Source: Desulfobacterales bacterium (GTDB taxonomy: Bacteria > Desulfobacterota > Desulfobacteria > Desulfobacterales > SpSt-501). From it: a stretch of DNA of 64,000 nucleotides. A model generated the notes under the pieces. It did not search any database and was not told the DNA's origin. It saw only the letters and a program-made list of their open reading frames with translations. Both the position numbers and the translations under genes were made by a program. Each line of letters starts with the position of its first letter. Position 1 is the first letter of the stretch. Below are positions 18,846-26,784 of this stretch, piece by piece. The stretch lies in NCBI GenBank assembly GCA_030834695.1, contig JAUQXK010000097.1:24823-88822 (forward strand), given 5' to 3'.

Positions 18846-19247
18846 TCAGATCAACAGGGTTTGAAGCCGCAAGTGAAGCGGGGGGCCCGGCGGGCGCGAA
18901 TCCATAGAACAGATCGACGGTGTACCGGACGGCCGCTCGATCGGATTATCGAAAGCCACTGCGCCGACCGCAGCGGTCATCCCGGTGACGCTGCCAGCCC
19001 CGGACGGCAAGGCCGGGCTGGTTTTAACGAACCGGCAACCCGACATGTTGTCCGCAGAATCACCCGCCGCCTGGGTGCAGCATGATCGGCCGGGCACCAT
19101 ATCGGTTGGACGGGAGACTGGATTGGCCTTGTGCCGACAACAGGGCATGCTGCAGTTCTCCGAGCCGGCACAGGCAGGACCCAGAGCGGCGGCAAGGATA
19201 AACAGGGCCAGCAGGATATGAAGCGATTTGGCAACCGCTGATTTCAT
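18846..19247 (-). CDS. secreted Cys-rich hypothetical protein
   Basis: 133 aa. Signal peptide MKSAVAKSLHILLALFILAAALGPACAG followed by CSMPCCRHK...SCC...C motifs. No family recognised. Confidence 0.5.
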   Translation of the reverse strand: MKSAVAKSLHILLALFILAAALGPACAGSENCSMPCCRHKANPVSRPTDMVPGRSCCTQAAGDSADNMSGCRFVKTSPALPSGAGSVTGMTAAVGAVAFDNPIERPSGTPSICSMDSRPPGPPLHLRLQTLLI

Positions 19248-19320
19248 AGTTTATAACTATAGATGCTTCGGCGAGCGCATGTCAACACAAAAAATCAACC
19301 GGCATAAGGCGCCAACAGGC

Positions 19321-20007
19321 CTATAAACTCTTTCCCGATTGAGCCAGGTCCTTCAGGCCTTGCGCGTCAAGCAAGGCGATTTTCCGGCCTTCGACTTGAA
19401 TGAGCTGCTGGGAAGACAGCTTGGCGAAAATGCGCGAGAGGGTTTCGGGGATCGTGCCGAGGAGGCTGGCCAATTGGCCCTTGGATATGCTCAACGTGAC
19501 CTGATCGAAACAACCCTGTTCATCGGCCAGGTAAAGCAGATAGGTGGCCAGGCGCGCCGGAATCTCCTTGAGCGACAGGTTCTCGATTTGAATCGTGAAC
19601 TGCCGCAGCTTGAGGGATAGATCGGCCAGCAGCTTGAGGGACAACGCCGGGTTTTTTTCGAGCAAGGCGACGAAGGCCGAGCGGGGGAAAAACAGCACGC
19701 GCGCGTCATGAAGGGCTTCCGCATTCGCCGGGAAGTGCTCGCCGGCAAAAACGGGGACCTCCCCGAAGGTCTGCCCGACGGTGAAGATATGCAGGATGTG
19801 CTCCTTGCCGTCGGGGGAGACTTTGAAGATCTTTACGGTTCCCCTAAGAATGACGTAAAAGCCGCTGCCTTCGTCACCCTCGGAGAAAATCAACTCACCT
19901 CGGCCAAAGCTTTTTTCCAGGGCGATGTCCTGGAACTGGTCAAGCTGCGCCCGGCTCATGCCGCTGAAGAGCGGAATCCGCGCGATGACGTCGGCCGCTT
20001 TTTCCAT
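19321..20007 (-). CDS. hcpR: CRP/FNR-family transcriptional regulator, HcpR-like by context
   Basis: 228 aa. cNMP-binding-like beta-roll (GELIFSEGDEGSGFYVILRGTVKIF) plus a C-terminal HTH (SKGQLASLLGTIPETLSRIFAKL). It is divergent from hcp and shares an FNR-type box with it. Confidence 0.75.
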   Translation of the reverse strand: MEKAADVIARIPLFSGMSRAQLDQFQDIALEKSFGRGELIFSEGDEGSGFYVILRGTVKIFKVSPDGKEHILHIFTVGQTFGEVPVFAGEHFPANAEALHDARVLFFPRSAFVALLEKNPALSLKLLADLSLKLRQFTIQIENLSLKEIPARLATYLLYLADEQGCFDQVTLSISKGQLASLLGTIPETLSRIFAKLSSQQLIQVEGRKIALLDAQGLKDLAQSGKSL

Positions 20008-20216
20008 GCCGTCTCTTTTGGCAGCATTTGAAATTCAAGTCAAGGTATTCGGGCGGAGGCGAATCAACGCCGGAGCACCGGGCGTCCGCGGCGGGGCAGG
20101 CGGCGGATGGACAATGGCGCGATCCGGCCTTATTTTAGGACCTTAAAAAACCAGCCAGGTCGGCATTGGAGCGCGACACCTGCCGGGCGCTCCGCCCGAA
20201 CAAAAAGATAGCCTTT

Positions 20217-20230
20217 TTGATCTAGGTCAA
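20217..20230. promoter_or_regulatory. FNR/CRP-type box TTGATCTAGGTCAA upstream of hcp
   Basis: Palindromic half-sites TTGA...TCAA. The -10-like TAAGAT at 20253-20258 places the box centre near -41.5. It lies 110 bp upstream of hcp ATG. An identical 14-mer is at 22136. Confidence 0.6.
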
Positions 20231-20333
20231 GGCGCACACCTCCGGACGCGAATAAGATCCCGTCCATGTTCAACCCAACGAACCCGACTTCACCGAACAC
20301 GGAAACCGCATCATCAACGAAAGGAGCTGCATC

Positions 20334-21965
20334 ATGTTTTGTTATCAGTGCGAACAGACGTCCAAAGGCGAAGGCTGCACCAAAATCGGCGTTTGCGGCA
20401 AGACCGCCGAGGTCGCGGCCCTGCAGGATCTTCTCATCTATGGTTTGAAGGGGCTTTCCCTGGTGGCCGTCGAGGCCCGCAAACAGAAGCTCGACCTGGC
20501 CGATGTGAACCGCTTCACCCTGCAGGCCACTTTTTCAACGCTGACCAATGTCGATTTCGATCCCGCGCGTTTCGTGGAGCTGATCGGCCGCTGCACGGCG
20601 CTGCGCGAAGACCTGAAAAAGAAAGTGAAGCAAGCCGGGGGCCATGCCGATTTCAGTCAAGAGGCAGCCACATTCGCTCCGGCGGCATCGGTGGAGGCCC
20701 TGGTCGCCCAAGCCGAAAAAACCGGCGGCGTCAAGGCGCCGGCGGCGGATGCCGACGCCCAAGCCCTGCGGGAACTTCTGATCTATGGGCTCAAGGGCAT
20801 CGCGGCGTATGCCGACCACGCCTGGATCTTAGGGAAGAAGGACGACAGCGTCTACGCGTTCATCCAGGAAGCCTTCGCCGCCACCCTGAACCCGGCCCTG
20901 GGCGTGAACGACTACCTCGGTCTGGTGCTCAAGTGCGGCGAAGTCAATCTGAAGGCCATGGAGCTCCTGGATGCCGGCAACACCGGAACCTACGGCCACC
21001 CGGTACCGACCAAGGTTCCGCTCGGTCACAAGAGGGGCAAGGCCATCCTGGTGTCCGGCCACGATCTCAAAGACCTCGATGAAATTCTCAAGCAGAGCGC
21101 CGGCAAGGGGATCAATGTTTACACTCACGGCGAGATGCTGCCCTGTCACGGCTATCCGGAGCTGAAGCAGAAATACCCGCATTTCTTCGGCCACTACGGC
21201 ACGGCCTGGCAGAACCAGGCCAAGGAATTCGCCAAGTTCCCGGGCGCCATCGTCATGACCACCAACTGCATCCAGAAGCCGACCGACACGTACCGGGACA
21301 ACATTTTCACCGCCGGTCTGGTGGGTTGGCCCGGAGTGCAGCACATCGCCGGCGAGAACTTCAAGCCCGCCATCGACAAGGCCCTGGCCCTGCCCGGCTT
21401 CAGTGAAGATGAGGCCGGCAAGGAGGTCATGGTGGGTTTTGCCCGCAACACCGTCATGAGCGTGGCCGGGAAGGTGATCGAGTTGGTCAAGGCCGGCAAG
21501 ATCAAGCACTTCTTCCTGGTGGGCGGCTGCGACGGCGCCAAGCCGGGCCGCAGCTACTACACCGAGTTCGTCGAAAAAGTGCCCCAGGACTGCGTGGTGT
21601 TGACGCTGGCCTGCGGGAAATTCCGCTTCTTCGACCAGGACCTGGGCGCGATCGACGGCATCCCGCGCCTGCTCGATGTGGGCCAGTGCAACGATGCCTA
21701 CTCAGCTATTCAGATCGCCGTCGCGCTCGCCAATGCATTTAACTGCGGGGTCAATGATCTGCCGCTGTCGATGATCCTTTCCTGGTACGAACAGAAGGCG
21801 GTGGCGATCCTGCTGACGCTGCTGCACCTCGGCATCAAGAACATTCGGCTCGGCCCGAGCCTCCCGGCCTTCGTGAGCCCGAATGTGCTCAACGTCCTCG
21901 TGGAGAAGTTCAACATTGCTCCGATCAAAACCCCGGACGAGGACCTCAAGGCGATTCTGAAGTAG
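20334..21965 (+). CDS. hcp: hybrid cluster protein / hydroxylamine reductase
   Basis: 543 aa. N-terminal MFCYQCEQTSKGEGCTKIGVCGK cysteine cluster and Hcp-type sequence throughout. Confidence 0.95.
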   Translation: MFCYQCEQTSKGEGCTKIGVCGKTAEVAALQDLLIYGLKGLSLVAVEARKQKLDLADVNRFTLQATFSTLTNVDFDPARFVELIGRCTALREDLKKKVKQAGGHADFSQEAATFAPAASVEALVAQAEKTGGVKAPAADADAQALRELLIYGLKGIAAYADHAWILGKKDDSVYAFIQEAFAATLNPALGVNDYLGLVLKCGEVNLKAMELLDAGNTGTYGHPVPTKVPLGHKRGKAILVSGHDLKDLDEILKQSAGKGINVYTHGEMLPCHGYPELKQKYPHFFGHYGTAWQNQAKEFAKFPGAIVMTTNCIQKPTDTYRDNIFTAGLVGWPGVQHIAGENFKPAIDKALALPGFSEDEAGKEVMVGFARNTVMSVAGKVIELVKAGKIKHFFLVGGCDGAKPGRSYYTEFVEKVPQDCVVLTLACGKFRFFDQDLGAIDGIPRLLDVGQCNDAYSAIQIAVALANAFNCGVNDLPLSMILSWYEQKAVAILLTLLHLGIKNIRLGPSLPAFVSPNVLNVLVEKFNIAPIKTPDEDLKAILK

Positions 21966-21988
21966 CATCTTCCGTGCGGGGGAGACTC

Positions 21989-22015
21989 CCGGGGCTCCCC
22001 GTCGGGGAGCCCCGG
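21989..22015 (+). terminator. GC-rich hairpin after hcp
   Basis: Perfect 12-bp stem CCGGGGCTCCCC / GGGGAGCCCCGG with a 3-nt loop, 24 nt after the hcp stop. The T-tract is only short (CTCGTTTCGG), so intrinsic termination is plausible but not certain. Confidence 0.5.
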
Positions 22016-22135
22016 CTCGTTTCGGGAGCGAAAGGGATGATGACTTCGGCAGGCGCGCAACTTATGTTGAGGTCCGCCGCGGCGATGCGTGATGTGGACG
22101 AACGAGACATAGGTAATTGCCGGAGCGCTCACCTC

Positions 22136-22149
22136 TTGATCTAGGTCAA
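22136..22149. promoter_or_regulatory. second identical FNR/CRP-type box TTGATCTAGGTCAA
   Basis: Identical to 20217-20230. The -10-like TAGAAT at 22173-22178 places the centre near -42.5. It lies 76 bp upstream of ATG 22219. Confidence 0.6.
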
Positions 22150-22218
22150 AGACACGTTGAGTAGGGCTGCGATAGAATCGGCGTCAATGAGTTCAACCTG
22201 CCTCAAGGAGCTGTAGCC

Positions 22219-22896
22219 ATGCGATGCCCTGGCCAAGACATGCAATACTGGAAACCGGGCGCCATCTTCGAGTCCAATTGTCCGCAATGCGGAAATCCCG
22301 TGGAGTTTTTTAAGGACGACACGGCACGCAAATGCGGCCGGTGCGGCCATCGTTTCGTCAACCCGCAGATGGACTTCGGTTGCGCCGCCTATTGCCCCTA
22401 CGCCGAGCAGTGCCTCGGTACGATGCCGGAGGGGCTTGCCGCCCAAAAGGAAAACCTGCTGAAGGACCGCGTCGCCGTTGAGATGAAGCGCTACTTCCGG
22501 AACGACTTCAAGCGCATCGGCCGTGCCGGCCGGGTGGCCCGGTATGCGGAGCGCATCGGCAAGGCCGAAACGGGCAACCTGGCGGTCATCCTGACGGCGG
22601 CCTACCTGCTGGACATCGACGGCCCGGCCGCCGCGCGCGATATCCTCACCCGACTCGGCGCCCGCGAGGACCTGATCGCCGAGGTCTGTGACATCATCAT
22701 CCATCACCGGTCGTCGCAGACCGGCGACGCCGTCAATCTCCGGGCCGTGTATGACGCCGATGCGCTGGAGTTCCTGGAAGCGGAACACAAACAACATCCC
22801 ATCGATGCCGACGAACTGGCTGCGCGCATCGAACGTTCCTTTTTGACCGCGTCCGGCCGTCAGGCGGCACGGGAAACTCTCATCACTTCGAGGTGA
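22219..22896 (+). CDS. zinc-ribbon + degenerate HD-like domain protein (unknown function)
   Basis: 225 aa. The N-terminus CPG...CPQCG...KCGRCG is homologous to the 26110 ORF. The C-terminus resembles an HD phosphohydrolase scaffold, but reads AAYLLDID where AALLHDIG is expected. Confidence 0.7.
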   Translation: MRCPGQDMQYWKPGAIFESNCPQCGNPVEFFKDDTARKCGRCGHRFVNPQMDFGCAAYCPYAEQCLGTMPEGLAAQKENLLKDRVAVEMKRYFRNDFKRIGRAGRVARYAERIGKAETGNLAVILTAAYLLDIDGPAAARDILTRLGAREDLIAEVCDIIIHHRSSQTGDAVNLRAVYDADALEFLEAEHKQHPIDADELAARIERSFLTASGRQAARETLITSR

Positions 22897-22900
22897 TACC

Positions 22901-23656
22901 ATGAAAGTCATCCGCAAAATCATCAAGATCGACGAAGACCTGTGTAACGGATGCGGCAACTGCGTGCCGGCCTGCGCCGAAGGGGCTCTGGAGATCATCG
23001 ACGGCAAGGCGCGCGTGATCGCCGACATCTACTGCGACGGGCTGGGGGCCTGCCTGGGGGAATGCCCGACCGGCGCCCTGACCATCTCGGAACGGCAGGC
23101 CGACGAGTTTGACGAGCATGCCGTGGAAACGATGCTGGCGGCGAAAGAGAAGACCCCGGAGACTTCCAAGGTGCTGCCCATGGCCGCCGGCGGCTGCCCG
23201 TCGGCCCGCATGGTACAAAGCTTTGGGTCCGCTCCCGCGGCCGCCCCTGTTGCCGGAGAACCCGTTGAATCGGCGCTCAGCCATTGGCCCGTCCAGATCA
23301 TGCTGGTGCCGCCGACGGCGCCGTTTCTGAAGGGGGCGGACCTCCTGGTGCTTGCCGATTGTGTTCCCGTGGCCTTCCCGACCCTCCACCGCGATTTTCT
23401 GCAGGGCAAACGCGTGATGCTCGGCTGTCCCAAGTTCGACAATGCCGAGGCGTATATCGACAAGTTTACTCAAATCTGCAAACAGTCCGGCATCCGCAGC
23501 ATTACTTCGGTGGTCATGGAGGTGCCCTGCTGCGCCGCCCTGCCGGTGATCGTCCAAAAAGGCATGCAGCGTTCCGGCGTCAAGGTGCCGCTGGAGGAAG
23601 TGGTCATCAGCGTGCGCGGCAAAATTATGCAACGCCGCCAGATAGCGACGGCTTGA
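22901..23656 (+). CDS. 4Fe-4S ferredoxin-domain protein (FrdX-like partner of hcp)
   Basis: 251 aa. N-terminal CNGCGNCVPACAEGAL and CDGLGACLGECPTGAL dicluster motifs, plus a Cys-containing C-terminal domain. Confidence 0.75.
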   Translation: MKVIRKIIKIDEDLCNGCGNCVPACAEGALEIIDGKARVIADIYCDGLGACLGECPTGALTISERQADEFDEHAVETMLAAKEKTPETSKVLPMAAGGCPSARMVQSFGSAPAAAPVAGEPVESALSHWPVQIMLVPPTAPFLKGADLLVLADCVPVAFPTLHRDFLQGKRVMLGCPKFDNAEAYIDKFTQICKQSGIRSITSVVMEVPCCAALPVIVQKGMQRSGVKVPLEEVVISVRGKIMQRRQIATA

Positions 23657-23944
23657 TCCTGTCTTGTGAGACACGCCTGTTCCACAAATCAACCCGAGAC
23701 TAGATTGCATTGTCATTTTCGGTGTGATATTCAGAGATTGTTTGACGATATCCCTGATCACCGCCGGCATGGATCGATGCGGTTTTGTATCGGGTTCGCG
23801 TGGCGGGAATGGATCACGGTCTTGCCGCCCGGGCCTCACCGTGAGACCAAACATCTATAATTCAAGCTGTTACAGGCACCCGCCGCTCCTGTTCTCCTCT
23901 GGCATGAAATTTGATTAAGCCACCATGGCTCAAAGCACTTCGCT

Positions 23945-24187
23945 ATGCCGGAAGGAAACGCCGTGAGGCCCTGCAATCTTCATATCGTCAAAACGTTGAA
24001 GTTGACGGAAGAAATGATTCATTTGGCCGACCGCGGCGAGGCGGACCGTGAAGACAACGGATGCGGGATTCTCTACGGAGTCTTGCGGGATTCGGCTTAC
24101 AAGCTCAAGAAATTGGCTGAAGCGGAAAAGCAAAACCACATCCGGAAGGGCTGGTGGGCCCGAAAGGACGACGAAGCCGATCCGTAA
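23945..24187 (+). CDS. small conserved-looking hypothetical protein (80 aa)
   Basis: ATG 23945. MPEGNAVRPCNLHIVKTLKLTEEMIHLADRGEADREDNGCGILYGVLRDSAYKLKKLAE... No family named. It lies directly upstream of rbr. Confidence 0.5.
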   Translation: MPEGNAVRPCNLHIVKTLKLTEEMIHLADRGEADREDNGCGILYGVLRDSAYKLKKLAEAEKQNHIRKGWWARKDDEADP

Positions 24188-24248
24188 TGACACCCCCCAC
24201 GCAATAATGACACGAAGCAAATGATAAAAAAAAGGAGGACTGCAATCG

Positions 24249-24824
24249 ATGTCGAGGATTAAGGGTACGCGCACGGAGAAAAATCTGTTGGCGGCTTTCG
24301 CCGGAGAATCCCAGGCGCGCAACCGCTACACCTATTTCGCCGGCCAGGCCCGCAAAGACGGTCTGGTCCAGATCGCCGATATTTTCATCGAAACCGCCGA
24401 CCAGGAGAAAGAACACGCCAAACGGTTTTTCAAATTTCTGGAAGGCGGCGAAATCGAAATCGCCGGTATTTTCCCGGCCGGAGTCGTCGGAACGACGCTG
24501 GACAATCTGAAAACCGCTGCGGCCGGCGAACGCCACGAACATATCTCCGTGTATCCGGAGTTTGCCAAGGTCGCCGAGGAGGACGGTCTGAAGGATGCGG
24601 CCGCGGCCTTCCGGGCCATCGCGGTGGCCGAGAAGCAGCACGAGAAGCGCTATCGCGACCTGGCGGCCAACATCGAAGCCGGCCGCGTGTTCAAGCGCGA
24701 TGCGAACGTGACCTGGCGCTGCCGCAACTGCGGCTATCTGCACGAGGGCGTGAGCGCTCCCGAGCTTTGCCCGGCCTGTCTGCATCCCCAGGCCCATTTC
24801 GAACTGCTGGGCGAAAACTGGTAA
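24249..24824 (+). CDS. rbr: rubrerythrin
   Basis: 191 aa. Diiron four-helix motifs (ESQARNRY, EKEHAKRF) and a C-terminal rubredoxin-like WRCRNCGY...CPAC. Confidence 0.95.
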   Translation: MSRIKGTRTEKNLLAAFAGESQARNRYTYFAGQARKDGLVQIADIFIETADQEKEHAKRFFKFLEGGEIEIAGIFPAGVVGTTLDNLKTAAAGERHEHISVYPEFAKVAEEDGLKDAAAAFRAIAVAEKQHEKRYRDLAANIEAGRVFKRDANVTWRCRNCGYLHEGVSAPELCPACLHPQAHFELLGENW

Positions 24825-24863
24825 TCCATCACTCAACCCTTTTGCATGGAAAGGAGACCGATC

Positions 24864-25238
24864 ATGGCCGAACAGCTTCAAGTCTACAAATGCGATACCT
24901 GCGGAAACATCGTTGAGGTGCTGCACGGCGGTGGAGGCGAACTGGTATGCTGCGGACAGCCGATGAAACTCTTCAAAGAGAACACCGTGGACGCCGCCAA
25001 GGAAAAGCATGTGCCGGTCGTTGAAAAAACCGCCGACGGATTCAAGGTCAAAGTGGGAAGCGTCGCTCACCCGATGGAGGAGAAGCACTGGATCGAATGG
25101 GTCGAGCTGGTCGCCGACGGCAAGGTTTTTCGCCAGTTTTTGAAACCCGGCCAAGCGCCGGAGGCGACCTTCTGCATCAAGGCCGATAAGGTTGCCGCCC
25201 GCGAGTACTGCAACCTTCACGGCTTGTGGAAAGCGTAG
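24864..25238 (+). CDS. dfx: desulfoferrodoxin (2Fe superoxide reductase)
   Basis: ORF 24846..25238 trimmed to ATG 24864 (AAGGAG upstream). N-terminal desulforedoxin CDTCGN...VCCG and the C-terminal SOR centre (KHVPV..., [18 protein letters not shown]). Confidence 0.95.
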   Translation: MAEQLQVYKCDTCGNIVEVLHGGGGELVCCGQPMKLFKENTVDAAKEKHVPVVEKTADGFKVKVGSVAHPMEEKHWIEWVELVADGKVFRQFLKPGQAPEATFCIKADKVAAREYCNLHGLWKA

Positions 25239-25400
25239 GCGCCCCGTCTTTACGGACGCCTGCATCGACTTCAAACCCCTCTCCCGATGGCCCGACGCGG
25301 ATGCCTCGCGGCGGCAACCGGGGGATTCCGGGAATCCCGAAATCGAAGCGGAGGTTCAGACCTCGAAATGATTGGCGGGACCCGGCAGGGAGAAAATGCC

Positions 25401-25568
25401 ATGCCAAGCTGGAAATGTTCTAAGTGCGGCTATACGTTCGAGGCGGACGCGTATCCCAACCAGTGCCCGTCCTGTAAGGAAAAATGTGAATTCCTGGACA
25501 CCACCTGCTATACGCCGGACTGCACCGCCACAGGGATAGATCCGCGCATTGCGAAACCCAAGCCCTGA
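25401..25568 (+). CDS. stand-alone rubredoxin-like zinc-ribbon protein (55 aa)
   Basis: ATG 25401 inside ORF 25287..25568. WKCSKCGYTFEADAYPNQCPSCKEKCEF closely mirrors the C-terminal Rd-like domain of the rubrerythrin above (WRCRNCGYLHEGVSAPELCPAC). Confidence 0.7.
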   Translation: MPSWKCSKCGYTFEADAYPNQCPSCKEKCEFLDTTCYTPDCTATGIDPRIAKPKP

Positions 25569-25643
25569 CCCGCTGCCCGGGTTGTCGGCCAATCAGTTTG
25601 GATGCGGTCCTCGTCACTTGGGCTGCAAAGGAGTGCCGTCGTT

Positions 25644-26081
25644 ATGGGAAAAGTGCTGATTGTATTCGCCAGCCGGACCGGTGAGACCCAAACCATGGCC
25701 GACCTGATCGGCGAGGGTGTTCGCATGGCCGGTCATCAGGCTGAAGTGGTCAATGTAAAGAACGTCAGAAGCGAGGCCGATCTGGCTGCATATGACGGCT
25801 ATGTGTTCGGATCCGCCACTTATCACGGCGACATGTTGCAGGCGATGAAGACCTTTCTGTTCATCGCTGAAAAGGCCCCGCTGGAGGGTAAAATCGGAGG
25901 GGCGTTCGGCTCTTTCGGTTGGAGCGGAGAGGCCAACGACCGAATTTTCCAAACCATGAAAAACATCTTCAAGATGAACATGGTTGCCGACTGCCTCCGG
26001 TTGAAGACGAGCAACCTCGGCGGCGGTGTCCAGATGGCCCAGGATTACGGCCGCCAATTGGCAAAAAAGCTAACCGAGTAG
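25644..26081 (+). CDS. flavodoxin (short-chain)
   Basis: ORF 25602..26081 trimmed to ATG 25644 (AAAGGAG upstream). MGKVLIVFASRTGETQ FMN-phosphate loop and FGSFGWSGEA. Confidence 0.9.
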   Translation: MGKVLIVFASRTGETQTMADLIGEGVRMAGHQAEVVNVKNVRSEADLAAYDGYVFGSATYHGDMLQAMKTFLFIAEKAPLEGKIGGAFGSFGWSGEANDRIFQTMKNIFKMNMVADCLRLKTSNLGGGVQMAQDYGRQLAKKLTE

Positions 26082-26109
26082 AAAATTTCTTTCAGAAAGA
26101 GAGGACGTC

Positions 26110-26325
26110 ATGGCCCCCGATACGACCACGCCTCAGCATTGCCCCGGCTACGCTAACTTTAAGTCGCTGAAGTCCTTCACGTGCAACTGTCCGAAATGCG
26201 GCACGGAAAAAGAGATTTTTTCCGACGAATTCGATCGACCCCACAAGTGCGGCAAATGTGGAGAGCCGATCGATTTCAGGCAGTGCCAGCTGGCGGGCGA
26301 GGGTAAGAGCCTGTCGCCGCGTTGA
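26110..26325 (+). CDS. stand-alone zinc-ribbon protein (71 aa), paralogous to the N-terminus of 22219
   Basis: CPGYANFKSLKSFTCNCPKCGTEKEIFSDEFDRPHKCGKCGEPI aligns with CPGQDMQYWKPGAIFESNCPQCGNPVEFFKDDTARKCGRCGHRF. GAGAGGA RBS upstream. Confidence 0.6.
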   Translation: MAPDTTTPQHCPGYANFKSLKSFTCNCPKCGTEKEIFSDEFDRPHKCGKCGEPIDFRQCQLAGEGKSLSPR

Positions 26326-26402
26326 GCCCTTGCAGCGCATCGCAGGGGTTCTCCCCGTGGGTTGCGGCCTGCTGAGACTCCCCCGCACGGATCCAGAGAC
26401 AA

Positions 26403-26771
26403 ATGACCATACGAATCATCACCCGCAAAAAGCTGATCGCGCTGCTTATAGCCATGCTAACCGCTGGGGGCTGGGCCTGGGCCTCGGGCGCGCCTCCGAA
26501 CCGGGGCGCGGCCGAGATCATCTTGGAAGGCGGAACGAGCGGCAAGGTCGCTTTCCCCCACCAGCGGCACCAGGAAAAGCTGACGGACTGCAACATCTGC
26601 CACGCGGCATTTCCGCAAAAAACCGGCATCATCGAAGAACTCAAGACCCAGGGCAAACTGGCCAAGAAGCAGATCATGAACGAGCAGTGCACCAAATGTC
26701 ACAAGGAAAAGAAACAGGCCGGCGAGAAGGCCGGTCCCACGACCTGTACGACCTGCCACGTCAAACCATGA
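26403..26771 (+). CDS. triheme c7-type (PpcA-like) periplasmic cytochrome c
   Basis: 122 aa. Signal peptide and three CxxCH motifs (CNICH, CTKCH, CTTCH). The FPHQRHQ...C layout and small Lys-rich mature part resemble Geobacter/Desulfuromonas c7. Confidence 0.8.
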   Translation: MTIRIITRKKLIALLIAMLTAGGWAWASGAPPNRGAAEIILEGGTSGKVAFPHQRHQEKLTDCNICHAAFPQKTGIIEELKTQGKLAKKQIMNEQCTKCHKEKKQAGEKAGPTTCTTCHVKP

Positions 26772-26784
26772 TCGGATCCAGACC

